NCBI GenBank assembly: GCA_019358935.1
Contig: JAHHIK010000021.1
Span: 24,197-88,196 of the forward strand
Length of the DNA: 64,000 nt
Reading direction: 5' to 3'
From: Tolypothrix carrinoi HA7290-LM1
Lineage (GTDB): Bacteria; Cyanobacteriota; Cyanobacteriia; Cyanobacteriales; Nostocaceae
A program made the translations under genes and the position numbers. Shown here piece by piece: positions 31,666 to 42,840 of this stretch. The notes beneath the pieces are model-generated. The model saw only the letters and a program-made list of their open reading frames with translations, made no database searches and was not told the origin of the DNA. The first letter of the stretch is position 1. Each line of letters opens with the position of its first letter.

Positions 31666-32505
31666 CTAACTACTAACTACCCATTTTATCAAAGCTTGCG
31701 TTAATCCTTCTAAAGTATGTTCTTCAGCTTCGACATCTATGCGTCCTAGTAAAGAACGACAATCTTTAGAGGTTTGAGGACCGATAGAAGCAATACAAAT
31801 CCCTTCTAAAGAATTTGCCAGTGAGTTGACTGAAAATAGTTTTGTTGTCAGTTTATTGAAACATTGTACAGTTTTAGAACTAGCAAAAGTAATAATATCC
31901 ACACTTTTCTTTTGCAGCGCTAATTCTGCCGCTGGAGGGATGCTATTTGGACAGCAAGATTGATATGCAGCAACTTCTGTTACCTCTGCACCTTTAGCGG
32001 TGAATTCTTTTACTAAAACTTCTCTTCCACCGCTTTCAACTCTGGGAAATAATATCTTTTTTCCTGTCAGTTCTTCGGGAAAGTTTGCTATTAACGAATC
32101 GGCGATAAAATTGGGGGGAATAAAGTCTGGTTGCAAACTTCTTTGTTTAAGACTTTGAGCGGTTTTTTCACCGACAACGGCAATTTTGATATTAGCTAAA
32201 GCACGGTTATCTATATTTTGTGTGTTCAGTCGTTCAAAAAAGTAGTCTATGGCATTAGTGGAAGTGAGAATTAACCAATGAAAATCGGATAAATGCGCGA
32301 TCGCATTATCTAAACCTGACCAACTCGAAGGGGAAACTATTTCTAATGTTGGCATTTCAATCACTGTAGCACCAACTTCGGTCAGGCGATCGCTAAATTG
32401 GCTGGATTGTCCAACTGAACGTGTAACTAAAACTGTTTTACCGACGAGGGGGAGGGAGGAGGGGGAGAGGGGGAGATGGGGGGAGGGGGGGAGGTTATTT
32501 GACAT
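31666..32505 (-). CDS. hemD: Uroporphyrinogen-III synthase
   Basis: VLVTR, TSTNA, VGEKTA, FASSKTV, SIGPQTS. Confidence 0.9.
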   Translation of the reverse strand: MSNNLPPSPHLPLSPSSLPLVGKTVLVTRSVGQSSQFSDRLTEVGATVIEMPTLEIVSPSSWSGLDNAIAHLSDFHWLILTSTNAIDYFFERLNTQNIDNRALANIKIAVVGEKTAQSLKQRSLQPDFIPPNFIADSLIANFPEELTGKKILFPRVESGGREVLVKEFTAKGAEVTEVAAYQSCCPNSIPPAAELALQKKSVDIITFASSKTVQCFNKLTTKLFSVNSLANSLEGICIASIGPQTSKDCRSLLGRIDVEAEEHTLEGLTQALIKWVVSS

Positions 32506-32532
32506 AGCTGGGGGTGGCTAGTAAGAATTGTC

Positions 32533-33270
32533 TTAGTCTATATTCTCAGATTGCAGGTATCTGCGTAAGCCGACAACTTCACCAATGACTATTACCACTG
32601 GTGATAAAGATTCTTGAGCGGTTTCTTGGAGAATATTGCCAAGTTGAGCGATGATAATTTTTTCTTGGGGAGTGCCTGCCCAACGGATAATGGCAATGGG
32701 TGTTAAACGCGATCGCCCGTACCGCAGCAATTGATGTACAATTTCAGGTAGATTTCGTCCTCCCATCAAAATTACTAGCGTTTCTAAACGTGATAGCGCT
32801 TCCCAATCTAAAGCTTCTGGTTCATGCGCTGTGAATACTGCAAAACATCGACTTAAAACTGGATCTGTCAGGGGAATTCCTGCAAGTAACGGTGCTGCTA
32901 AAGCTGAGGAAATTCCTGGTACTACTTCAAACTGACAACCTGCTTTTTTTAAAGCTTCAATTTCTGACGTACAGCGTCCAAAAATAAACGGATCGCCTGA
33001 TTTTAAGCGTACAACTTGTTGATTTTGCTGGCAATGTTTGACGAGTAAGTTGTTAATTTCAACTTGCGGTGTACTTGGTTTCCCACCGCGTTTACCTACA
33101 TCCAATTTGAGACAATCAGATGGTACTAACTCTAATAATTGGGCATCTACTAAAGCGTCGTAAACTAAAACTTCTGCCTGAGCTAAGAGATGATAAGCTT
33201 TGACGGTGAGGTATGCGACATCTCCTAATCCTGCACCTACGAGGTAGACTTTACCCTTTTGTTTAGTCAT
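32533..33270 (-). CDS. cobA: Uroporphyrinogen-III C-methyltransferase
   Basis: VYLVGAG, YDALV, RLKSGDPFIFGR, PGISS. Confidence 0.93.
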   Translation of the reverse strand: MTKQKGKVYLVGAGLGDVAYLTVKAYHLLAQAEVLVYDALVDAQLLELVPSDCLKLDVGKRGGKPSTPQVEINNLLVKHCQQNQQVVRLKSGDPFIFGRCTSEIEALKKAGCQFEVVPGISSALAAPLLAGIPLTDPVLSRCFAVFTAHEPEALDWEALSRLETLVILMGGRNLPEIVHQLLRYGRSRLTPIAIIRWAGTPQEKIIIAQLGNILQETAQESLSPVVIVIGEVVGLRRYLQSENID

Positions 33271-33387
33271 GACTTCTGGAGGATTTTGAACCGCAAATAA
33301 ACGCGCTTTAATGTAGTAAGCACGGAGAGTGCTTAAGATTGAATATTTGAGCATTCTCCGTGCTCACTACGAATTAAGATTAAAAGT

Positions 33388-34617
33388 TTAATTTATTTGT
33401 GTAGTGTTGATTTTTTGGAATAGCTGATCAACTCGTTCAAGCATCTTGGAGTTTCCTTGCGCTTGAAATAATTCTCTAGCTTTTTTCAAAGCAACGATCG
33501 CATCATCTAGTTGTTGTTGCCTTCCTAAAGTTACTGCTAAATTATAATAGGCGTAGCCATTCTTTGGATCGAGGCTGATGGCTTTTTTGTATTGAGCGAT
33601 CGCTTCAGTTGGTTTACCTTGATCGTCTAGCGCATTTCCTAAACCGTTGTAAGCTTGTACATACTTGGGATCGAGCCGAATTGTTTCTGTATATTCAGCG
33701 ACTGCTTCTGTTAGCTTCTGTTGTTCGTACAATGCTGACGCTAAGTTGTAATGAGCCGATACATATTTGGGATTTCGGCTAATTGCTTTTCTATATTGAG
33801 CGATCGCTTCTGAGATTTTGCCTTGAATTTCTAAAGCTTGTCCTAAACCGCTGTAACCTGCTGGATTTGTTGGTTCTAAACGAATGGCTTCTGTATATTC
33901 AGCGATTGCTTCTGTTATTTTACCTTGTCCGTGGAATGCAGTTGCTAAATAATAATGAGCGGCTGCATATTTTGGTTCCAGACTAATTGCTTTTTGATAT
34001 TGTGCGATCGCTTCAGAGATTTTGCCTTGATCGTACAAAGCATTTCCCAAATGTGCTAATGCTGGTGCATAATTGGGTTCTAGGCGAATCGTTTCTGTAT
34101 ATTGTGCGATCGCTTCTGTTATTTTACCTTGATTGTAGAGAGCATTGCCTAAGTTATAGCGAGCTCTTACATATTTTGGATCGAGGCTGATGGCTTTTTG
34201 ATATTGAGCGATCGCATCATCTAACTTATCCAGTCTTGCTAAAGTCAAACCTAAATTAAAGTATGCTCCAGATTCTTCTGGTTCTAGGCTAATCGCTTTT
34301 TTGTAACTAGCGATCGCTTCACTTGACTTACCTTGATCGTCAAGAGTATTTCCCAAACCAATATAAGCTTTAGCAAAGTTTGGTTGCAACTCGATTGCTT
34401 TCCTAAAAGCTGCTTCCGATCCTTTTAAATCTCCTTGTTCGTAAAGATTTAAACCTTCCTCAAAGCTAGCAACTGCGTTTTTGTTAAAAGGTGCTATCGT
34501 CTCTGAAGCGTCTGGTTTGTTTTGTTCACCTACGCTGACAATCACACCAAAAGCAGTATTAAGATTTGTCAAACATAAGCCGATAATAGTTGCAGTCAGC
34601 AAATTTGTTTTCAGCAT
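33388..34617 (-). CDS. Secreted TPR protein (about ten 34-aa repeats)
   Basis: Repeated 'NLGNALY.QGK..EAIAQY..AI.L.P'. Confidence 0.92.
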   Translation of the reverse strand: MLKTNLLTATIIGLCLTNLNTAFGVIVSVGEQNKPDASETIAPFNKNAVASFEEGLNLYEQGDLKGSEAAFRKAIELQPNFAKAYIGLGNTLDDQGKSSEAIASYKKAISLEPEESGAYFNLGLTLARLDKLDDAIAQYQKAISLDPKYVRARYNLGNALYNQGKITEAIAQYTETIRLEPNYAPALAHLGNALYDQGKISEAIAQYQKAISLEPKYAAAHYYLATAFHGQGKITEAIAEYTEAIRLEPTNPAGYSGLGQALEIQGKISEAIAQYRKAISRNPKYVSAHYNLASALYEQQKLTEAVAEYTETIRLDPKYVQAYNGLGNALDDQGKPTEAIAQYKKAISLDPKNGYAYYNLAVTLGRQQQLDDAIVALKKARELFQAQGNSKMLERVDQLFQKINTTQIN

Positions 34618-34671
34618 TTTTACTAAAATATCTACATTTGGTTTAAATGCTTACTTTGTCTTTTACTACAT

Positions 34672-35145
34672 TTATGATAATTTACTTGATCTAGCTGTCA
34701 TTTTATCTAATAATTGAGTTATTTTCTCAACTTTTTCCGTTTGTCGTTGTTTTTGCAATAAATCTTTAGCTAATTGCAAGTTTTTTATCGCTTCTTCTCG
34801 CTTCTCTTGCTGCATGAGAACATTAGACAGACGCAAGTAAGCATCAGCATATTTGGGACTGCGATTAATCACTTCACTAAAGATTGCCGCTGCTGATTCT
34901 AAATTACCTTGTTGTGTCAAGACATCTCCCAACAGCAAGCGAACCACATCATTAGTAGAGTTAATCGAAATCACTTTGCGAAAAATCGCTTCTGCACCTG
35001 GATAATCTTCTTGTTGATAAAGAGTTACTCCTTGTTGAAACAAATTTGAAGTAATCAAAGTTTTCGCCGAAAAATACATCAAAATGGCGATAGCGAGGAT
35101 GACTACAGCAATAGCAAAAATTGAACTTGAGGGAATTTCTAACAT
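34672..35145 (-). CDS. Membrane-anchored TPR protein
   Basis: N-terminal TM helix plus about three TPRs. Confidence 0.8.
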   Translation of the reverse strand: MLEIPSSSIFAIAVVILAIAILMYFSAKTLITSNLFQQGVTLYQQEDYPGAEAIFRKVISINSTNDVVRLLLGDVLTQQGNLESAAAIFSEVINRSPKYADAYLRLSNVLMQQEKREEAIKNLQLAKDLLQKQRQTEKVEKITQLLDKMTARSSKLS

Positions 35146-35149
35146 AATA

Positions 35150-36082
35150 TTAAGCCAAAAGACAAGCAATAGGGAAAATCAGATATTCGACGAAAAACAG
35201 CTTCCAGATGAATTGATAAAATTTAGCGATCGCGCTTTTATCTTGCAAATCAACCGACTTACTTTTAAACCACATTAAACCCAGCGTCACAAGATGAGTA
35301 ATTACCACGAAAACTGGATTAACTTCTGCAAGACGTAGTACACCCACTAAAATCATACCAACATAGCAAACAGTTAACACCCAAAGAGCCAGATTAAACA
35401 CAGCTTTTTGACCGAGTTGCAGAGTGAAAGTACTGATATTGTAGAGGCGATCGCCTTCCATATCGGGGATATCTTTAAAGATAGCGATCGCAAAGCTAAA
35501 CACCACAATAAACACCGTCAAAACCCACACCGCAGACGGAATTCCTTTATTTGTTTGCAACAGCCAATTAAAGTGCAAAAACAGCCCCAAATTTACAATA
35601 GCCCCGCGCACACTAAAAATACACAAAGCCGCCCAAAAAGGAAACTGTTTTAAGCGAATTGGCGGTAAAGAATAAGCCGTCCCAATCGCCAAACTTATAG
35701 TTACCAAACTCAATAAAAACGGTCCCCCCAGCCACGCTATAGCTAGTGCGAGAATACCAGCAATACCCACAATTAATTGTCCGGTGCGGCGCGAAAATTC
35801 TCCCGCTGCTATTGGCAAATGAGGCTTATTAATTTTGTCAATTTCCACATCTTCTAATTGATTCAACCCGACAATATAAACATTGCCACACAGACAAGCA
35901 ATCCATGCTGAAAAAAGTTGACCTAAACTAGGAAAAGAAGATGATGTAGCGCTAGCAATCAAATACAAACCCAACACACTCAAAGTAGTGCCAATAATGG
36001 TGTGTGGACGGGAAAACTTCCAAAAAGAATACAACCAACCACCCAGAACATTAAAAGACCCTTGTTTAGAAATCTGACGCAT
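35150..36082 (-). CDS. hpt: Homogentisate phytyltransferase (tocopherol synthesis)
   Basis: KFSRPHT, NQLEDVEIDKINKP, KDIPDMEGD, FYQFIWKLF. Confidence 0.92.
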   Translation of the reverse strand: MRQISKQGSFNVLGGWLYSFWKFSRPHTIIGTTLSVLGLYLIASATSSSFPSLGQLFSAWIACLCGNVYIVGLNQLEDVEIDKINKPHLPIAAGEFSRRTGQLIVGIAGILALAIAWLGGPFLLSLVTISLAIGTAYSLPPIRLKQFPFWAALCIFSVRGAIVNLGLFLHFNWLLQTNKGIPSAVWVLTVFIVVFSFAIAIFKDIPDMEGDRLYNISTFTLQLGQKAVFNLALWVLTVCYVGMILVGVLRLAEVNPVFVVITHLVTLGLMWFKSKSVDLQDKSAIAKFYQFIWKLFFVEYLIFPIACLLA

Positions 36083-36172
36083 AATAATTTGTGATTTTAA
36101 ATTAAAAAGAATGGGTAATTGCTAATTGGTAATCGGTAATCGGTCATTGGTCATTCCCCATTCCCCATTCCC

Positions 36173-37015
36173 TCATTTATTTCCACATAACAACCCAAAT
36201 CGAATTAAACCACGTTCATAACCACGACGCATTAACCCCAGCGATAGCGCTCCAACAATAGTACTCCAACTTGATCGCAGTAATCCGAAAATTGCTTGGG
36301 GAGTGAACGCCGAATCAATTACTATATTCCAAAATGGGGCAACAGCAATAGACCAATCAGCAGTGCGGATATTTTGTAATGGAAGTTCTTTAGCGATCGC
36401 TTCATACTCAGGCAAAGAAATCACATAAGGCAAACAATACACTCGGTAAATATCCTGCAAATGCTTTTGTTCATCTTGACTCAGCGGTGACTCATCAATC
36501 GGACGATGACACCAAGTCACCATAATCAAAGTTCCACCCGGTTTTAGCACCCGATAACACTCTTGCATAAACTTGGCTTTATCCGGCATATGTTCGCCAC
36601 TTTCCAGCGACCAAACCAAGTCAAAAGAATCGTCAGCAAAGGGCATTTCTTGAGCATTTGCCACCTGGAAATGACATCTAGACCCCAAACCAGCCTCTTG
36701 AGCGCGTTCGGTGGCTCTAGCGGCTTGCACGGGACTCAGAGTAATCCCTGTTGCAGAGGCATTAAACTTTTCGGCTAAGTATAAAGAACTACCACCAATT
36801 CCACAACCCACATCGAGGATATTCTCTGCTTGCTGCACCCCCGACCACTTGAGTAATTCTTCGATTAAGTCTATTTGCGCTTGACGGCGGTCTTTTTTCA
36901 GCTTTCCATCTGCACCATAATAGCCGTGGTGCATATGTTCGCCCCAAATTTCTTCCCACAGACCGGAGGAAGCATCGTAAAACTGCTGAATTTGTTGGTA
37001 AAGTGTTGCACTCAT
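36173..37015 (-). CDS. Gamma-tocopherol methyltransferase (VTE4-like)
   Basis: FYDASSGLWEEIWGEHMHHGYY, LDVGCGIGG, SLESGEHMPDK; adjacent to hpt. Confidence 0.88.
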   Translation of the reverse strand: MSATLYQQIQQFYDASSGLWEEIWGEHMHHGYYGADGKLKKDRRQAQIDLIEELLKWSGVQQAENILDVGCGIGGSSLYLAEKFNASATGITLSPVQAARATERAQEAGLGSRCHFQVANAQEMPFADDSFDLVWSLESGEHMPDKAKFMQECYRVLKPGGTLIMVTWCHRPIDESPLSQDEQKHLQDIYRVYCLPYVISLPEYEAIAKELPLQNIRTADWSIAVAPFWNIVIDSAFTPQAIFGLLRSSWSTIVGALSLGLMRRGYERGLIRFGLLCGNK

Positions 37016-37233
37016 GAATTTATTGGGGAATGGGCATGGGGCATAGGGCATAGGGCATAGGGCATAGGGCATAGGGCATGGGGCATGAAAAAATCTCCCA
37101 TTGCCTCAATCAAACATATTGGTAGGCTACCATGTATGTTTTTAATTAAATAAGGGTATTTTTATTTCCAGGGAGGGTCAGCCCTACTTCAGGAGCGATC
37201 GTAAAAATTTAAATTTATAAATTTTACCTTGAT

Positions 37234-38568
37234 ATGACTGTTGCTCGCACAATTTGCTTGGGATTTCTGGCTGTGATTGCTGTGGGAACCATCTTACTGA
37301 TGATGCCTTTTTCTACCAGCAATGGTACGTGGAATGACTTAATTGTGGCATTATTTACTTCCACATCCGCAGTTTGCGTTACAGGTTTATCAGTAGTTGA
37401 TCCTGGTACTTATTTTTCTTTTTGGGGACAGTTGTTTATTGCTTTACTAGCTCAAATTGGCGGGTTGGGCTACATGACAACCACAACTTTTCTGATTTTG
37501 CTAGTTGGGCGTAAGTTTGATTTGCGACATAAAATGGCGATTCAACAAGCTTTAGACCGACCGGGAATGAGTGGTAGTAGGCAAGTTATTCGCTCAATCA
37601 TTGCGACAACTTTGATTTTTGAAATTACTGGGGCATTTTTACTTTTACCAGCTTTTGTTCCCAAATATGGATGGAGTCAAGGACTTTGGTTAGCTATTTT
37701 TCATAGTGTGAATGCTTGGAATAATGCAGGTTTTAGTTTGTTTAAAGATAGCTTGATGGGATATCAATCATCTTTTTTAGTTGTTTTTACGATCACAGGC
37801 TTGATTATTTTTGGCGGAATTGGTTATCAAGTTATTTTGGAAATGTACATTTGGTTACGCGATCGCCTAACAAAAAAAACACTCAATATAGTATTTTCTT
37901 TAGATTTTAAAGTTGCTACAATCACCACAATCATACTTTTAATCTTAGGAACTATTGTATTTTTCGCTATAGAAATAAGAAACCCTCAAACCTTTGGTAA
38001 TCTCAGTTTTCGTGAGCAATTATTAGTTGCTTGGTTTCAATCAGTGACTCCCAGAACTGCTGGCTTTAACACCATTGATATTGGCAAGATGACAAATGCT
38101 GGTTTGTTTATTACGATTGCACTGATGTTTATTGGTGCAAGTCCCGGTGGTACAGGAGGCGGTATTAAAACAACAACGTTGAGAGTTCTTACCAGTTGTA
38201 CAAAAACCATTCTTCAAGGAAAAGAAGAAGTTTTATTATATGAACGCAAAATTGCAACATCTTTAATTTTGAAAGCTGTTGGTGTGTTAGTAGGTTCAAT
38301 AACAACCGTTATTATTTCAACAATTTTAATTAGTATCACCGATCCAGAATTGGATTTTCTTCAAATTCTGTTTGAAGTAGTTTCAGCCTTTGCTACAGTT
38401 GGTCTGTCTACAGGAATCACGGGAAATGTTTCTATAGCAGCGAAGCTGATCTTAATTGTCACAATGTATGTTGGACGAGTCGGCGTTTTACTACTGATGT
38501 CAGCTGTACTAGGAGACCCCCGTCCTAGCAGAATTCGCTATCCAGAAGAAAATTTACTCGTGGGCTAG
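37234..38568 (+). CDS. ktrB: TrkH/KtrB potassium uptake membrane protein
   Basis: SAVCVTGL, NNAGF, RTAGF, GTGGGIK, AFATVGLS. Confidence 0.9.
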   Translation: MTVARTICLGFLAVIAVGTILLMMPFSTSNGTWNDLIVALFTSTSAVCVTGLSVVDPGTYFSFWGQLFIALLAQIGGLGYMTTTTFLILLVGRKFDLRHKMAIQQALDRPGMSGSRQVIRSIIATTLIFEITGAFLLLPAFVPKYGWSQGLWLAIFHSVNAWNNAGFSLFKDSLMGYQSSFLVVFTITGLIIFGGIGYQVILEMYIWLRDRLTKKTLNIVFSLDFKVATITTIILLILGTIVFFAIEIRNPQTFGNLSFREQLLVAWFQSVTPRTAGFNTIDIGKMTNAGLFITIALMFIGASPGGTGGGIKTTTLRVLTSCTKTILQGKEEVLLYERKIATSLILKAVGVLVGSITTVIISTILISITDPELDFLQILFEVVSAFATVGLSTGITGNVSIAAKLILIVTMYVGRVGVLLLMSAVLGDPRPSRIRYPEENLLVG

Positions 38569-38730
38569 TCAGAGAAACCAGGAGAATAAATAATAGCTAA
38601 TGACTAATTAAATATATGTAGACCAAACTGATAAAATGTAACTTATCAGGCAAAAAAGAAAATTTTTCAGGTTTTTAGGTCTAACTGTTTTTTGTCTTAG
38701 ATACAGACAAGGAAAATAAGGAAAACAACT

Positions 38731-39426
38731 GTGAATCTGTCATCGTTAGGTTTTTTTCGCAGTCTACGTCACGATAACCGCCAATTTGCCGTAATTGGCT
38801 TAGGTCGCTTTGGTCGTTCGGTATGTTCTACGCTACATAAACTAGGCTATCAAGTACTGGCAACAGATATTAATGAAAAGCGGGTATCCGACGCATTGAC
38901 AGAGCAGCTAGTTGGTCATGCTTTGCAATTAGACTCAACAGAACCAGCAGCATTGAAAGAAGCTGGAGTTTTTGAATTTGATACAGTAATTGTGGCAATT
39001 GGAAACTACATTCAAGAAAGTATTATCACCACGCTGAACGTCAAGGAGGGTGGTGTACCTCACGTAGTAGCCAAAGCCTCTAGTGAAGTTCACTGCAAGC
39101 TGTTGCGACGTGTGGGGGCAGATCACGTTGTATTTCCGGAGTTTGAGGCAGGTTCTGCGCTAGCGCGATCGCTCACCAAGCCCTCAATCCTAGATAGATT
39201 TGACCTTGACCCAGATAACAGCATTGTCGAAATTATTGTACCTGATGAATTTCATGGTAAAACTATCGCCGAACTTCAACTTCGTAACCGCTATGGGTTG
39301 AATTTGCTGGCAATGAGTCACAATGGTAAATTTATCATTAATCCTGACTCAAGGAAGTATCTAGAGCGCGGTTCAGCAATAGTAGTTATTGGCTGCAACA
39401 AAGATATTAATCGTTTGCCAATTTAA
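38731..39426 (+). CDS. ktrA: TrkA/KtrA potassium uptake NAD-binding subunit
   Basis: VIGLGRFG and RCK-C domain. Confidence 0.9.
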   Translation: MNLSSLGFFRSLRHDNRQFAVIGLGRFGRSVCSTLHKLGYQVLATDINEKRVSDALTEQLVGHALQLDSTEPAALKEAGVFEFDTVIVAIGNYIQESIITTLNVKEGGVPHVVAKASSEVHCKLLRRVGADHVVFPEFEAGSALARSLTKPSILDRFDLDPDNSIVEIIVPDEFHGKTIAELQLRNRYGLNLLAMSHNGKFIINPDSRKYLERGSAIVVIGCNKDINRLPI

Positions 39427-39541
39427 AAAATGGGCAATGGGCAATGGGCAATGGGCATTGGGCATTGGGCTTCTCCCCTTTCCCCCTGTCTCCTTGTCCC
39501 CTTGTCTCCTTGTCTCCCCATTCCCCATTCCCCATTCCCCA

Positions 39542-40690
39542 TTACCCCTTCCCACCCAGGTTCGCTGGAGTTTCTAGAGGGGTTTGTGGTAGATTTGGCA
39601 TTTCTGGTTGCAAGGTGGGCTGTTGTTCAACTGAAATTGGTACATCCCCAGGATTGCTTTGTGTTTCAGTTGCTCCCGTTTCGGGTTGATTTGATGTTTC
39701 TTGATTGTTAATAGAAGTTGGTGTTTCCGAGGGAGTTGAGGTTTGAGTAACTTCAGGTTGGGTTTTCTTTTGGGCAATTTGCAGCATTAGTTGCTCAACT
39801 TTATTAGCTTCCAAAAGGTTGCCTAATTCGCGGTATTCATTGCGAGCGCGTTTAAATGCTGCATTAGCTTTGTTAATATCGCCTTGATTGTAGAAAGTTA
39901 CTCCCAAATTGTAATAAGCTAAAGCATTCTTAGGATTTTGATTAAGTGCTTGCTTGTAAGCAGTAACAGCTTCTGAAGCTTGACCTTGATTGGCTAGCAG
40001 ACTTCCCAAGTTAGAGTAAGCGCTGGCATTTTTCGGATTTAGCTGCACTGCTTGACGATAAGCGGCGATCGCTTGGGGTATTTCACCTTGCTGTTGTAAG
40101 GCGATCGCTAAGTTAAAATATGCATTGGCATTACTACTATCAAGATTTATTGCTTGCTGATATTCGGCGATCGCTTCTTTTAGCTGACCTTGTTCATACA
40201 GTGCCAATCCCAAGTTATAATGCGCTGCTATCATTGTTGGCTCTATCACCAACGCTTGGCGATAAGCAGTAATTGCCGCTTCTTTTTGTCCTTGTTTTTG
40301 CAAGGCTAAAGCTAAGTTATAATACGCTTCCCCCAAATTAGGATTCATCCTAATCGCTTCTGCATACTCTTGCACCGCTGCCTCTAAGCGATTTTGCTGT
40401 AAAAAAATATTACCCAAGTAATTGCGTGCTAGCCCCAAATTTGGATCTCGCTGCAACGCTTGCCGAAAAGCATATTCAGCACTCACTAAATCATTGCGGT
40501 TATAGCGCATCACTCCCTGCTGGTAATAACTAGCCGCTTCTAAATCTTGAGTGGCAACATTTTCCTGAGCAAGCAGCTTGCTTGCTGGTATAAACGTTGA
40601 TGTCATAAGCAGCAAAAACGCAGAGGAAGAAAACAGCACCATCTTGGAGGTGCAAAGAAACCACTGACAAAGTTGATATTTTTTAAACAT
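39542..40690 (-). CDS. TPR protein with low-complexity C-terminal tail
   Basis: About seven TPRs; start uncertain (40690 or 40642); upstream extension is STRR. Confidence 0.85.
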   Translation of the reverse strand: MFKKYQLCQWFLCTSKMVLFSSSAFLLLMTSTFIPASKLLAQENVATQDLEAASYYQQGVMRYNRNDLVSAEYAFRQALQRDPNLGLARNYLGNIFLQQNRLEAAVQEYAEAIRMNPNLGEAYYNLALALQKQGQKEAAITAYRQALVIEPTMIAAHYNLGLALYEQGQLKEAIAEYQQAINLDSSNANAYFNLAIALQQQGEIPQAIAAYRQAVQLNPKNASAYSNLGSLLANQGQASEAVTAYKQALNQNPKNALAYYNLGVTFYNQGDINKANAAFKRARNEYRELGNLLEANKVEQLMLQIAQKKTQPEVTQTSTPSETPTSINNQETSNQPETGATETQSNPGDVPISVEQQPTLQPEMPNLPQTPLETPANLGGKG

Positions 40691-40893
40691 GAATGGTATA
40701 CCTGCACTTATTGTTAAACGCTTATAAGTCAGAGTACCCACCAGAAAAGAGAAAATTAACATCGGGCATGGGGCATGGGGCATGGGGAATTGAAGAGGGG
40801 GAAAGGGAAAAGGGAAAAGGGAAAAGGGAAAAAAAGAATTATGCCCATTGCCCATTGCACATTGCCCATTGCCCATTGCCCATTGCCCACTCC

Positions 40894-42147
40894 CTATCTT
40901 GCTTCTGGCAAAATGAGCATTGCATCACCGAAGGAATAAAAGCGATATTGAGAAGCGATCGCTTGCTGATATATATTTAACAATCTTTCCCGACCAATTA
41001 AAGCACTCACCAGCATCAGCAAACTAGAACGCGGCAAATGAAAATTGGTAATCAAACCATCAACCACTTGCCATTCATAGCCTGGATAAATAAATAAGTC
41101 TGTTTTGCCTGAAAATGGCTGCAAATTGCCAGATTTCGCCGCTCCTTCTAAAGCACGGGTTACTGTTGTTCCCACAGCAATAATCCGACCGCCGGATGCT
41201 TTGGTGGCGCGAATTTGCTCTACTGTTTCTGGGGGAACTGAAATCCATTCTTCATGCATTTTGTGAGTAATAACATTCTCCACTTCCACTGGGCGAAATG
41301 TACCCACACCTACATGCAAAGTCACAAAAGCTTGATTAATGCCGCGATCGCGCAACCGCTGCAATAATTCCGGTGTAAAATGTAGCCCCGCTGTCGGAGC
41401 TGCGATCGCTCCTGGATGTTGAGCATAAACTGTTTGATATTGTTCGCTTTCGGCTTCGGATTGTGTAATGTAAGGTGGCAAAGGTACTTCACCATACACA
41501 TCCAACAATTCCACTAAAGAAACTCCCTCTGGCAAATCAAATTGCAACAAACGTCCCCCAGTTGCTTCATCCGTCTCCAGAACCGTAGCAGTGAGGGAAG
41601 AGGGGGGGATGGGGGGAGAGGGAGAGGGGGGGGATGGGGAAGCAGGGGGAGCAGAGGGAGCAGGGGAGGCAGGGGAAGAAATTTCCCCAAGGAGTCCCCC
41701 TGCCCCCTGCCCCACTCCCTCCACTCCCCCTGCTGCAAAAACAATCGAAGCACCGACTTTGAAGCGTTTTCCTGGCTTGACTAAAGCTAACCAACAGTTG
41801 TGGCGTCGTTCTTCTAATAACAATACTTCTATTTCTGCGCCAGTGGATTTACGACCATACAACCGCGCTGGCAGAACCCGCGTATTATTCATCACTAGCA
41901 AATCCCCTGAGTGTAATAGCTCCGGTAAATCACGGAATATGTGGTCTAAGGGTGCTGAATATTTGCCTGTGCTAGGAGAATTTACTAATAAAAGCCGGGA
42001 GGTATCTCTAGGAAGTGCTGGATTTTGAGCAATCAGTTCTTGAGGTAATTCATAGTCATACCCAGCTAATGAACGATCTAATTCAATGTTTTCTCCTTCC
42101 TGGCTAAAAGTTGAATTCATATTGGTTAGTGCGGGTGTGGAGTGCAT
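40894..42147 (-). CDS. queA: S-adenosylmethionine:tRNA ribosyltransferase-isomerase
   Basis: [40 protein letters not shown]; contains a Pro/Gly-rich insertion. Confidence 0.95.
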   Translation of the reverse strand: MHSTPALTNMNSTFSQEGENIELDRSLAGYDYELPQELIAQNPALPRDTSRLLLVNSPSTGKYSAPLDHIFRDLPELLHSGDLLVMNNTRVLPARLYGRKSTGAEIEVLLLEERRHNCWLALVKPGKRFKVGASIVFAAGGVEGVGQGAGGLLGEISSPASPAPSAPPASPSPPSPSPPIPPSSLTATVLETDEATGGRLLQFDLPEGVSLVELLDVYGEVPLPPYITQSEAESEQYQTVYAQHPGAIAAPTAGLHFTPELLQRLRDRGINQAFVTLHVGVGTFRPVEVENVITHKMHEEWISVPPETVEQIRATKASGGRIIAVGTTVTRALEGAAKSGNLQPFSGKTDLFIYPGYEWQVVDGLITNFHLPRSSLLMLVSALIGRERLLNIYQQAIASQYRFYSFGDAMLILPEAR

Positions 42148-42379
42148 CTATCTGAAGAGAGTTTAAATCAAAAAGGTGGTTTTAATTTTCTTTTATTAAA
42201 AGCGATCGCTTAATTTCATCCCTAGATTTTACGATGGATACTATTAGGTAACACGTAAACAAGAATATAAAAATTGGGTAAACCTCCCCATCGAAAAACG
42301 GGGGCTTTTACCCTAGTCAACAGTCGGGTCTATCTATAAATATAGAAATGTAGGATTGGCTTTGATCCCAAGCACCAAG

Positions 42380-42769
42380 ATGGAATATTTGTATTACCTG
42401 GCAAATGCCAGTTTAACTCTAAGGGTGGTTCAGCACCTGCACGGCAGACCCCAGACACCTGTTTCATTCGTCACCGTCATTCATCAGATTGATGGCTGGG
42501 TGGTTAGGGTCAAACTAAAAGGTAATGTTACACCCCAAGAAGATGGCGATTTTCGGGCTTTCTTCAATGAATTAGGAATTAGTTACGACCCACCAATGCG
42601 AGTGCAAATGGCACTTTGGAGTTTGGAAGCAGGGCAGTGTCCTGTTGATGTGATGCGTCGCTACCAAGTAGCAATAGTTTCTCATGGAAATCCAGAGAAA
42701 GATGAAATTGAAGCGTTTAGACAACAGTTTGTCCGGGGACTGGGCTACTGTCCTGAAACGTTAGCGTAA
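42380..42769 (+). CDS. Conserved cyanobacterial hypothetical protein
   Basis: MEYLYYLANASLTLRVV...GLGYCPETLA. Confidence 0.75.
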   Translation: MEYLYYLANASLTLRVVQHLHGRPQTPVSFVTVIHQIDGWVVRVKLKGNVTPQEDGDFRAFFNELGISYDPPMRVQMALWSLEAGQCPVDVMRRYQVAIVSHGNPEKDEIEAFRQQFVRGLGYCPETLA

Positions 42770-42840
42770 TTCCATATTACTAAATTAATCCAAGCGAATG
42801 ATTGTGGCTAATAGCTGAACGTTGGAAAAGCTATTAGCCA

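Noticed and set aside
39373..39711. Several short ORFs after ktrA
   Set aside because: STRR-derived or antisense to the TPR gene.
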